DNA of 64,000 nt from Eukaryota sp. GEM-RC1 (Eukaryota). The DNA is taken from NCBI GenBank assembly GCA_040285855.1, contig JAUFOQ010000017.1:868001-932000 (forward strand), in the 5' to 3' direction. Under the pieces are notes generated by a model that saw nothing but the letters and a program-made list of their open reading frames with translations, was not told the origin of the DNA and searched no databases. Below are positions 36,418 to 47,973 of this stretch, piece by piece. Within the stretch, counting starts at the first letter, position 1. Each line of letters starts with the position of its first letter. The position numbers and the translations under genes were made by a program.

Positions 36418-38849
36418 TCAAACAGAATTACTGGGAAGGATTTGCTTTGCTCTGTTCCCCCGTTTGTTTTTGGCTTTCTTTTTATCTTTGGGTTTCTTAG
36501 CTTTAACATTGTTTACTTCATTTTTGAGTTTTTTTGAGCTTGACGTCAGAAGATTCATGGCAGAAGAGGCCGAGACCTTGCAAAAATTCACTGATAGCAA
36601 ATCGGTTCTGAAAGTAAGATCTTTAACAACAAGTCGTTCCATAGCAAACACTTGATCTAAAGTTTTGAAGAAAAATTTAAGTGTGATGGCAGTTTCAGTG
36701 TGCTGGATCGTAAGATCTTCACATATTTGAAATCTTTGGAATAAATTCAAACTCTTCACAAGCTCTTGATTCCAAAATTCTTTCTCCACAGAGAAATACA
36801 CTGGGAGGGATTTTTTTAGTGTTTTAGCTGAAGTTTTTAATACTACTAATCCAAGACAATCACTTTGATAGATGACGTCATCATAATTAATTGAAGAGTC
36901 AGAGGGGACAACTGCAATCTCTTTTGTACCAGGATCAATGCTGTTTTGTTGTTGAACTAACTGAAGAACATCAGGAGTATGTTCAACAAAATTCAAAACA
37001 CAAGAAGTAGATGGTAAACCAGAATCATTATTTTTGAAAAAGTAATGAAGAATAAAAGTCAAGCTAACAACAGGTTCCAGTAAAGAAAACACTGGGAATC
37101 GATGAAATTCTGAAGCAATAAGTGATGAAAGTTTAGCCCAGTTTGCTGTTCTTTCATTGAATTCTGAACTAACTAAGTCTAAAACTAAACGTGGAACTAA
37201 AGTAGATCGATCAACAACATTGGTAAAGTTCTGTAAAAGAAGAAATCAGCCACGTCTTGAGGAGTACAAGAAAGTCCGATGAAGTCTTTAGAAATGACGT
37301 TATTGGAAAGTAAATTCTGTAAAAGAGGCGGAAGAATATGATCCATTCCAACTTCAAAATTTAAAATAACAGTACCAGATGCCAAAATAAGTTGATCAAT
37401 TACTTTGACTACAGATCTTGCAAAAACTGTAACTCTAGGTTTTTTTGGAGAAATAGATTTTAATAGAGATTCAATTGCAGCTTCGGAATTGTTTGAAGAA
37501 GTGGTAATACTTAAGTAACTAGCATTAGGAAGATCTGAACAAACAGGGTAAACTTTAGGTATTTTACCCCAAATGAGACCCAATTTTGTCTCAATTGCCT
37601 GATCTAAGACACCAGAAATAACCTCACCAGAGAGCATTTCTTTGGTTACTGTAAGTTGCTCAACACTAACTAATGATGAAGAATCAACAACAAGAGCCAG
37701 AAGATTATGAGCAACTGAAAGAATATACAATGGATACTTCAGTGGGGTAAGCACGGCAATGAACGATTTCCAAATCATCTTGTCGGATAACAGCGAAAGT
37801 AGAATTCTAACACACAAGTTTACGATAGAAGTAGCTGTAAAGTCATGTTTTTCAAAGAAGAAAGAGAAATCTTGTGATGGTTGTAAATTTTGAACATAAC
37901 TAGAGTTTAAAGGATGAGAGAGAATATTGAGAAGAACAGAAGAAAAAGAACGTACAGATTTAGACAGTGATTTTTGAGTTGATTTCGTCTTCTCATCAAA
38001 GTTCTTTTCCAGAACATTTGGAGCATCATGAATATCACAACAGAAGGGCTTTAGAGTACCTAACCATTGAGGAGATCGAGTAGACAAAAGTTCAGCAGTC
38101 GGGAAAGGATGTTCAGGAATTTGACTATGAGACGAATTGTAGATGAAAACACAAGCATCGTTAGTGGGATCCTCAGTAATCCTGTTGGATATCTTGAGAT
38201 AATAGTTGAATGCGATCCAGAAAGCGTCAAGAGCAGCATATTCGATCTGTTTCTCACTAAGGATTTCGGCACTCCAATTACTCATCGTAATCTTTTTCCC
38301 CTTTGTACAGAGCAATGTGTAGCCATGAGCAGCAAACGTTGAGAGTGGATGAGAAGGAGCGCCTAATTCAGCCTTTCCCTTCCCTACTTTACTGGCATAA
38401 ACCTTTCCAATATCATGAAAGTAACGCTCCACATCATAAACAGACACAACAGCAATTCTCCATAATTTCTTGATTCGCTTGATGTCTTCGGATTGTGCCT
38501 TAAACACCTTAATGACATTGGGATTAGTCAATAAATCACTGATATCTTGATGGAGAGCAGTAATTCCATGAATCTGAATGACCATGGAAATTGATGGAGT
38601 TCCAAGTTGGAGTACATCCAATGTATTGTGTCTCCATTCTGAATCTACAGAAATGAAGGGATGATCAGAAGGAATGCTTTGTTTGAGAAGTGAAATGTAA
38701 TCGGGTATGAGTGAGACGTCATCCCGCATTGAAAACAGATAAACAGGGATGGGTTCAAGCTCTTGGACGAATCGAACATGACTGTGAGCTTTCACTTCTT
38801 CTTGGGGAGCTATACTTAGGGAGGAGTGTTGAGCAAGATCGTTCTCAGA
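36418..38849 (-). CDS. DEDDy exonuclease family, copy 2 (fused in frame behind copy 3)
   Basis: VDSEW, KAQSED, YAALDA; no ATG or intron of its own; homology begins at SENDLAQ inside ORF 37197-39494. Confidence 0.82.
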
Positions 38850-41307
38850 TCCGGAACAGTTTTTCGGAAGTGGTTTGTTTTTGACCTTCTTTTTATCTTT
38901 AAGTTTCTTAGCTTTAACATTGTTTACTTCATTTTTGTCTTTTTTTCTACTTGACGTCATCAGATTCATGGCAGAAGATGGCGAAACCTTACAAAAATTC
39001 AATGATAGCAAATCTGTTCTGAAAGTAAGGGCCTTAACAACTAGTCGTTCCATGGCAAACACTTGGTCTAAAGTTTTGAAGAAAAATTTAATTGTGATGG
39101 CAGTTTGAGTGCGATGGATAGTAAGATTTTCACACATTTTAAATCTTTGGAATAAATTCAAGTTCTTCACAAGCTCTTGATTCCAGAATTCTTTCTCCAC
39201 AGAGACATACACTGGGAGGGATTTTTTTGGAGATTTAGCTGAACATCTTACAACTACTAATCCAAGACAATCACTTTGATAGATGAAGTCATCATGATTA
39301 ATTGAAGAATTATAGGGGACAACTGCAATCCCTTTTGTACCAGGATCAACATCGTTTTGTTGTTGAACTAACTGAAGAACATCATCAGATGGTTGGTTAA
39401 GAACTTTTGAAGCATACGAAGTAGACCGTAGATCAGAATCACCATTTTTGAAACAGTAATGAAGTATGAAAGTTAACCTAAGAATAGGTTCCAAGGGAGA
39501 AAACAGTAGAAATTGATGAAATTGTGAGATTAGAAGTGACGTATACTTAGACCAGTTTTGGCTGAATTCTGAATTAACTAAATCTAAAACTGAACGTGGA
39601 ACTAAAGTAGATCGATCAACAACATTGGCAAAGTTCTGTAAAAGAAGAAATCAGCCACGTCTTGAGGAGTACAAGAAAGTCCAACGAAGTCTTTAGAAAT
39701 GACGTTATTGCAAAGTAAATCTAATAATAGAGGCGGAAGAATATGATCAATTCCAACTTCAAAATTTAAAATAACAGTATCAGATACCAAAATAATTTGA
39801 TCAATTACTTTGACGACAGACCTCGCAAAGACTGTAACTCTAGGATTTGTTGGACAAATTGAGTTTAATAGGATCTGCATTGCAGCTTCAGAATTACTTT
39901 GAGAAGCAATAATGCTAAAGTAACTAGCACTAGGAAGATCTGAACAAACAGGGTAACGGTTTGGATTATTAGCGAATAGATGGATCAATTTAATCTCAAT
40001 TGCCTGATCTAAAACACCAGAAATAACCTCACCAGACAGCATTTCCTTGGTTACTGTTAGTTGTTCAACACTAACCAATGATGAAGAGTCAGTAGCAAAA
40101 GCCAGAAGATTATAGGCGACTGAAAGTACATACAATGGATACTTCTGAGGAAACTTCATGGCAGTAAACGAGATCAATACATCCTGATTAGATAACAAAG
40201 GAAGTAGAATTCTAACACACAAGTTTACGATAGAAGTAGCTGTTAAGTCACGTTTTTCAAAGAAGAAAGAGAAATCGTCTGATGGTTGTAGAGTTTGAAC
40301 ATAACTAGAGTTTAAAGGATGAGAGAGAATATTGAAAAGAACAGAAGCAAAAGAACGTACAGATTGAGAAAGTTCTTCTGTTAGTTGAGAAGAGGAGAGC
40401 TGACCGAAGTTCTTTGCAAGTACTTGCCAGGCATAATGAATATCACAACAGAAGGGCTTTAAAGTACCTAACCATGGGGCAGATCGAGTAGACAAAAGTT
40501 CAGTGGTTCGGAAAGGATGTTCTGGAACTTGAGTTGGTGATGGGTTGGAGAAGAAAACACAAGCATCGTTCGCGGGATCATCAGTTATCCCTAGGGATAT
40601 CTTGAGATAATAGTTGAAGGCGATCCAGAAAGCGTCAAGAGCAGCATATTCGATCTGTTTTTCACTCAGGATTTCGGCGCTCCAATTACTCATCGTAATC
40701 TTTTTCCCCTTTGTACAGAGCAATGTGTAGCCATGAGCAGCAAACGTTGAGAGTGGATGGGAAGGAGCGCCTAATTCAGCCTTTCCCTTGCCTACTTTAC
40801 TGGCATAAACCTTTCCAATATCATGAAAGTAAGGCTCCACATCATAAACAGACACCACATCAACTCCCCAGAATTTCTTGATTCGCTTGATGTCTTCGGA
40901 TTTCGCTTTAAACACCTTGACGACATTGGGATTAGTCAATAAATCACTGATATCTTGATGGAGAGCAGTAATTCCATGAATCTGAATCACCATGGAAATT
41001 GAGGGAGTTCCGAGCTGTAGTACATCCAATGTATTGTGTCTCCACTCTGAATCTACAGAAATGAAGGGATGATCAGGTGGTACGCTTTGTTTGAGAAGGG
41101 CAATGTAATCGGGTATGAGTGAGACATCATCTCGCATTGAAAACAGATAAACAGGGATGGGTTCAAGCTCTTGAACGAATCGAACGTGACTGTGAGCTTT
41201 CACTTCTTCTTGGGGAGCTATACTTAGGGAGGAGTATTGAGCAAGATCGTTTTCAGAGTCAGAAGAGTCGAATATAAGCTGAAATGAGTCAGATAACGTC
41301 AAACCAT
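38850..41307 (-). CDS. DEDDy exonuclease family, copy 3; 26-nt intron 41279-41304
   Basis: Same Exo motifs; ATG|gtttga...ctgac...cag|CTTATATTC. Confidence 0.85.
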
Positions 41308-41603
41308 TGATGGGGAGCGAAAAATTTGGAAATTTTTCACTTCTTTGATTTCCAGGAATATTAATCAAATGTTTTTGTCTATAGGATAATTGCAAATCTC
41401 TTTTTTATGTGATTTTGTATGTCACAATTAATCATTGTACTACTGTATAATTAATTCTCCGTAGTGAGACCAGTGAATATTACTGACAGCACTATAAAGT
41501 CACAGTTTCAAAAGCTGTTGATACCAACCTTGTTGTTTGAGATTGATCTTTAATTAATGTGGAATTTCTTCAGTACCTGTTTGATGACAACTGTGACTGA
41601 ATT

Positions 41604-41652
41604 CAGACAGTGTAATTGCAGACAGTGTAATTACAGACAGTGTAATTACAGA
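41604..41652. repeat. 3x15-bp tandem repeat in the divergent exonuclease/Sec23 intergenic region
   Basis: CAGACAGTGTAATT(G/A) three times. Confidence 0.9.
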
Positions 41653-41698
41653 TAAATCTTAGAATTTTACATCTTCATAACTGTGACTTATCCTTTCC

Positions 41699-43978
41699 AT
41701 GAGCAGCATTACTGATGTCGAAGCCGCAAATGGTCTTCGCTTTTCGCACAATGTTTGGCCTTGTTCTCGTCTTGAAGTTGCCAAATCTTCACTTCCACTG
41801 GCAGTCTTGTACACTCCTTTGAAAACCATTGACAACATGGGTACAATAGCTGGTCGTCCCGTGACTTGTCGTTCTTGTGGAGCTTGTCTCAACCCTTTTG
41901 TTCAAGTCGATGTTCATGCTAAGTTATGGCGGTGTGCTCTTTGTACTGAATCCCGCAACCCCCTTCCCTATCAAGAAATCTCTGAATCCTCTATTCCTCT
42001 TGAACTCACCCCTGAAGCTTCCACTGTTGAATACATAATTCAACACGGAAGTTCTGCCTCCATTCCCCCCATCTACCTCTTTGTTATCGACACGGCCATC
42101 CCCGAAGAGGAACTCTCTGCTATCCGTGAGACTGTCCAATCTGTGCTTGCCTCCATTCCAGACAATGCTCTCCTCGGCCTCATTACTTTCGGAGCCTATG
42201 CTCAAGTCTGGGAACTGACCTCCAGCGAAGTTCCCCGCGCTTACTTCTTCAATGGAGCTAAAGAAGTTTCTCCTGATAAAACTGCTGCTTGGCTGGGACT
42301 TTCTGGTGCTACTCACTGTCGAAACCCCTCTGGTAATGCCTTTCTACAACCAAACTCTGACTGTGACTATATCCTTACTGAGATTCTTGATTCCCTGCAT
42401 AAAGATGCTTGGCCAGTACCTGCTGATGAAAGACCAAAGAGATGTACTGGAGTTGCTTTGGGATTAGCTCAAGCTTTACTTGAACTTTCTTACAAGGGAT
42501 GTCCTGCGAGAGTTGTTCTACTTACTGGTGGTCCTTGTTGTGAAGGTCCAGGTAAAGTCATTGGAACTTCTTTAAAGGAATTGATGCGATCACATCATCA
42601 TTTGGACAAAGATGAGGGACTGAAACATTTTAAAAAAGCAACGAAATATTATCAAATTTTGAGTGATAAATTCGTTGAGTCTGGTCATTCTCTGGATGTT
42701 TTTGCTTTTTCTGTAAGACAAACTGGATTGAAAGAAATGAGCTCTATTATTAAGCAAACTGGTGGCACAGTTGCTTTAGGAGAATCTTTCACTAACACTA
42801 CTTTCCAAGAATCACTATCAAAATTGATTGTTAGGCCTGATGAATCCATGATTATCCCAAGAACTTTTGATGGATACCCTGCTGAAGCCGGAGATAACGA
42901 AGCAGTGACTCTTCCTACTGTTGGTAATGTCGTGGTAACTCTACACTGTACTGGAGATGTCTACGTGGATAAGTTCCTTGGTCCTGGACATCTTAAAGGT
43001 GAACTTGGAGGTCAGTCTAATGCTGAAGTTGTAATGGCTGGTTGTGATACCAATGCTACCATTGCTTTTCTATTTGATTTAAACCCAACTGTTACTCTTC
43101 ATCCACCTGGTCATCGTTTTGTTCAATTTAGAACTACTTATATTCATCCTTGTGGTGCTACAATGCTTAGAGTTACCACTCTAGCTACAAGATGGTCTGA
43201 TACTCTTGACCCTGCTGAGATTGCTAATGGTTTGGATCAGGAAGCTGTGACTGTCATATTAGCTCGACTTGCTGCAGTCAAAAGTGAAACTGAGGAAGGT
43301 GTTGACGTCAACAGATGGATTGATAAGACTTTGATTAGAGCATGTCATTACTTTGGTAGATATGTTCGTGATAACACTGATAGTTTCCAATTACCTGCGA
43401 CAATGACTTTACTACCCCAATTCATTTTCCATTTACGTAGAAGTAGCATGGTTCGTCCTATTAATGTTTCTCCTGATGAAACCAGTTATATTCATTTCTT
43501 AGTTTCACGAGAACCAGTAACTAATTGTTTAATTATGATTCAACCAACCCTTACTGCTTATACTCTTGATAACTTAGAAGGTTTCCCTGTTCTATTGGAC
43601 TCAACATCGGTTGAATCAGACCGTGTTTTACTCTTGGATACGTTCTTCCACGTGTTGGTGTTCCATGGTGAGATGATTGCTGCTTGGCGTGATGCTGGTT
43701 ATCATTTACAGGAAGGATATGAGAATCTTGCAGAATTACTCCAAGTGCCCCTTCTAGATGCTGAGGACGTCATTGCTGAGAGGTATCCAGTACCAAGATT
43801 AACTATTTGTGATGAGAAAGGTTCTCAATCTAGGTTTTTGTTGCACAAACTGAACCCTACTAGTACTCATAAGCATGCTTCGGAAGGACATACCATTTTT
43901 ACTGATGATGTTCCACTTCAGATGTTCTATGAACATTTAAAGTCTGTTGTTTGTACGAGTGGAAGTGAAGATGATTAG
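41699..43978 (+). CDS. SEC23: COPII coat protein Sec23
   Basis: 759 aa; GLRFSHNVWP, zinc finger CRSC..LNPF..WRCALC, trunk FVIDT, RSHH, DQEA, QFIFHLRRS, SPDET, MIQPTL, GSQSRFLL, IFTDDV. Confidence 0.97.
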   Translation: MSSITDVEAANGLRFSHNVWPCSRLEVAKSSLPLAVLYTPLKTIDNMGTIAGRPVTCRSCGACLNPFVQVDVHAKLWRCALCTESRNPLPYQEISESSIPLELTPEASTVEYIIQHGSSASIPPIYLFVIDTAIPEEELSAIRETVQSVLASIPDNALLGLITFGAYAQVWELTSSEVPRAYFFNGAKEVSPDKTAAWLGLSGATHCRNPSGNAFLQPNSDCDYILTEILDSLHKDAWPVPADERPKRCTGVALGLAQALLELSYKGCPARVVLLTGGPCCEGPGKVIGTSLKELMRSHHHLDKDEGLKHFKKATKYYQILSDKFVESGHSLDVFAFSVRQTGLKEMSSIIKQTGGTVALGESFTNTTFQESLSKLIVRPDESMIIPRTFDGYPAEAGDNEAVTLPTVGNVVVTLHCTGDVYVDKFLGPGHLKGELGGQSNAEVVMAGCDTNATIAFLFDLNPTVTLHPPGHRFVQFRTTYIHPCGATMLRVTTLATRWSDTLDPAEIANGLDQEAVTVILARLAAVKSETEEGVDVNRWIDKTLIRACHYFGRYVRDNTDSFQLPATMTLLPQFIFHLRRSSMVRPINVSPDETSYIHFLVSREPVTNCLIMIQPTLTAYTLDNLEGFPVLLDSTSVESDRVLLLDTFFHVLVFHGEMIAAWRDAGYHLQEGYENLAELLQVPLLDAEDVIAERYPVPRLTICDEKGSQSRFLLHKLNPTSTHKHASEGHTIFTDDVPLQMFYEHLKSVVCTSGSEDD

Positions 43979-44055
43979 ATTTTTTGTTTTGTTTATTATT
44001 GTGTTTTTTTGTTAAATATTTCCAGTTTTGTTTCTATAAACACATTGGACTGTCC

Positions 44056-44954
44056 CAGGGATCGAAAAAATATATTGCAATATATTTCTAGCATAAAAAA
44101 TGTACAATAAATATATTGGAAAATGTGATCATTGCAATAAATATATTGGAAACTGAGATGATTGCAATAAATAATTGCAATATATTGCAATATTTTGGGT
44201 AAAATTTGGTTCATGAAAATGAAAGAAATTGAGACGTCCTGCTGACTGAAAATCAACCACTACTAGAACGTCAGCGCTTTTAGTCGGTTACCCTTTCAGA
44301 TACATGCATAAGAACATTAATTATACTTCTTAACGTACTGTAAATCTTGACACTGCTTCTGATCATAATGTACGCTCACACTTCACAACCCATCTTTCTA
44401 CTTTGCTCTTCTGTTGGTATCAATACTTATTTACTTCAATGGTTCCTATGATGTGATGTACACACGTGTTTGAATTTTTTAGCAATTCGTCACGTACGTA
44501 TACCACGTTCATTATAGTCCCACCTACTACATGATAAGACTTCCCGCTTCCTGGTACAGACTCTGGGCAGGGATCGAAAAAAATAAATTGTATTGCTGGG
44601 TGCCACTATGATTGGAACGTGTCTTTATTGATACGTAAACAAACACATGTACCAGTTTCCACAAATCTCATTGCTTGACGTATGTGCTGAGTGATGACAA
44701 TAGAGATGTAGAAACCAACTGTAGGTCCTCTTTTAACTTTTTTGGACTTGGAGTGGACATGTAGTAAAAGAAAGTGTTCTTATGAACAAGACTTGTTAGA
44801 GTTACTCTGCATAAATCTCGTTGTGACATATTGCAATATATTGCAATAAACCCTGTGTTGCAATAAATATATTGCGCATCAAAAGACGTGCAATATTAAT
44901 TGCAATATTATTTATTTCAATATATTGCAATACAATTTATTTTTTCGATCCCTG
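44056..44954. mobile_element. Non-autonomous hAT-like MITE
   Basis: TIR CAGGGATCGAAAAAA at both ends, 8-bp TSD GACTGTCC (44048-44055, 44955-44962), ATATTGCAATA subterminal repeats. Confidence 0.93.
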
Positions 44955-46606
44955 GACTGTCCATCATCATCTCACATAATGTTTAAAATTCATGCAGCTT
45001 TCACAGTATCGAACTTTAGCCATATTTCATTGACTTATTACAGACATGTGAAAGGAGAATCAAAGAAAGAGATGATGTAGGATACTCATCAAAAATTGTC
45101 GTTTCTGTCTTTTGTGAATTTGGTCAGTTTTGGGGACTTTTGTATTTTTAGTTGTTTATTTAGGTAACCTCTTAGTATTTGACTTCTTTCATTTTCTGTT
45201 ATAAATAGACTCACATATAGTTTCATAGATCTGATTGTTGATTTGACGTGAATAGAAAACGTTAGAAAGGTAATCTAGATTCATAACACACAAACAGTAT
45301 TTTTCTAGTTGCTGTCAGTAATGTAAAATTCATATACTTTGTACTGATTGTTATCTTATTATGACAACAACTCTCTCAACCATATGTACATCTCAAAACC
45401 TCCACAATCTGTACTACATTAAGATAAAAATAGCCAAGAATGTTCAATTTTCTTTCTGTAACCTGATTTTATCGTCATCATAGTAAGAATTGAGGAGCAT
45501 ATCTAACTACATGTAAACCAAGAGTACATCATTTGACTGTTCTACGGATGAAGACGGTGTAGCCATTGGTAGGCGGTTCCTTGGTCCTAATGAAGAAACA
45601 AACTGTTCCAATCCCACTACTACAACAGTCTTCACAACAAGTGTTGTAGTTTTTGTGTTTTCCCATGAAAAAGTGTTATGATGTGCGTGATTTTTATAAT
45701 TTCGAACATTTTAAATTCAGGCTTGTAACAATACTACTTTTCTGTTTGAAGCAATGTTTTAAACCTGTATTAAAATTCCATTTAGTTATCACAATATATA
45801 TTTTTTGGCAATTTTTCCAAGGCCTTATCAACAAACATTCACGATACGTACCTCCTTCGCTGTGACTTAGATCAGAGTCACCTCAACACGTGTTGGATAT
45901 ACGATTCTTCTATGTCACCTAAATGAATTTGCGGAAATTACTATTGTTCTTGATAAAACTATATTGAATAAAGGTAGAAAATACGAGTTTACTCCAAAGT
46001 TTACTGAAAGGTATTGATTGTTGATGAATTGTTCTTGTTATCAGTTCTGGATTCATTGAAACTTCTTGACTCATGTGAAAAATACATGTGTTTTCCGTTG
46101 GTTGGTCTTACAGTGAGTTATTCTATTCTCTTTCTCAGAATTTATCCTACATTGTGTTGAACATAGACTAGATTTCTTAGTGATGACGAAAAAATTAATC
46201 GAATCCTATATCACTTTCTTTGATGGACATCAATTCCGTACTGTAAACAGCAATTCGAAGTTATAGTATTACTTAGATTGTTGCACATCCAATCGCTGCA
46301 TAATTGTATTGTTCAAACACAAGTAATTGAAATGCCTATTGTTCAGGCTCTAGTTGTTAATTAATGGAGATACGATGTTTTTGGAGAAGAGCTACAATCA
46401 TACGCTAATGACACGTGTAGGACAATCATTTTTTCTGCTCCGTTATAATTTCTGTTCTAAATAGTTTCATTAAAAAATTGTATCCTTCAATTGATTGTTT
46501 ATCTTCCACTAAAAAGACAACCAACCTTAATCATGACTGCAAAGAAAACAATTACAACAGTTTACACACAAGTAATAATTTAGCAGTTTTTCAAGAATCT
46601 GATGAT

Positions 46607-47313
46607 CAGGGATAGGAAATATTGGATTGGCAATATATTGGTATTGGAAAACAGCTCACCAATCAATACAGTATTGGCTCCAATATATTGCCAATATTGC
46701 AATATGTAGATTGTATAGTTAATACACTTAAATTAATGAAAAATATCAAACAAAACATATCTAAATTTTATACTACAAAAGAAATGCAACAATTTGTTGC
46801 GAACAAATAGTTTTAAGTTTTGAGACTCTAAACTCCATCTCCATCAACGATTTCATCTTCTTCAGACCAGTGGGATTGGCAAGCATTTCCAAAAGTGTTC
46901 ACATTCCAAGGACTTCGATTGAAGTGTAGCCATGACTATTGCTCAAATCTTGCTGACGATAAACAAAATCGATTTTGGCCCATACAAAGCTTACTAGTAA
47001 TGCGAGAAAATAATCTTTCCATTTCAACAGAAGTTGCAGGAATGAACTCTAAGTGTTTCGTTTTCGGATCTCTCCACACACACATTTCCAGGTTTCCTGG
47101 CTGTCAATTGTTGACTACAGGGTATAAAAGACCCCACAAACGACTGTGTTATCAGGCTTGTAAGGGAAGAAAAAGTAAATTTGTTGTTGTATTAGAGACA
47201 TATTGTATTGGCAATATTGGCAATATATTGATATTGAAAAACAGCGGATCAATCGATATATATTGGTATTGATTGGCAATATTGGATTGGAAATTCAATA
47301 TTTCCCATCCCTG
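46607..47313 (-). mobile_element. Non-autonomous hAT derivative with a dimerization-domain remnant
   Basis: TIR CAGGGAT(A/G)GGAAATATTG, 8-bp TSD CTGATGAT (46599-46606, 47314-47321); minus strand near 46920-47050 reads FIPATSVEMERLFS...QNRFCL. Confidence 0.93.
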
Positions 47314-47973
47314 CTGATGATGCTCAACTTTCTCATCATTTTCCACTTCCAAGGAGGATATTTCTAGGAGTTGTTATTAAACATACCTGACATAGTTTTG
47401 ACTGACTCATATGATTAACACTGTCAACCAAATTCCTCTAGGGCTCCAACCTGCTTTTTTCTTAGTCCCTATTATCATTGATACATTGAGTTAGATTATG
47501 TTGTTCTACTTTATTCATGAGTTTGATTTCTTGAAACTCACTATGAATATTATGTCAACCACATAGTAGACAATGGAGCTTGACATTTGAAAGTCAGTTA
47601 TTGAACCCAGAAAAATTGCATCAACCAACATCACTTCAAACAGACTTCGAATGTTGGTGTTCATCATTCTACTCTTTCAACGTATTCAACTACAATGTAC
47701 TTCTTTATTGTTGGGTGATTTGATACCAAATAAGAGCTACTAAACAAACAGTTTACCATATACTAGGGCAACAACAGCTTTAGATTCTCAGTCTGTTGAT
47801 CCGAATGTACCCTTTTATCGATATAACCCCTGCTTTTCACAGTTTCTTGTATGTTCCAGACCTATTAAACATCAACTCTACTGAACAGTTTGAGCAGATT
47901 TGGAGATAGAACGTCTAAACAAAATCCCAATCATTTATGGAAAAACAAACCAATAACTACATAACATACATTT

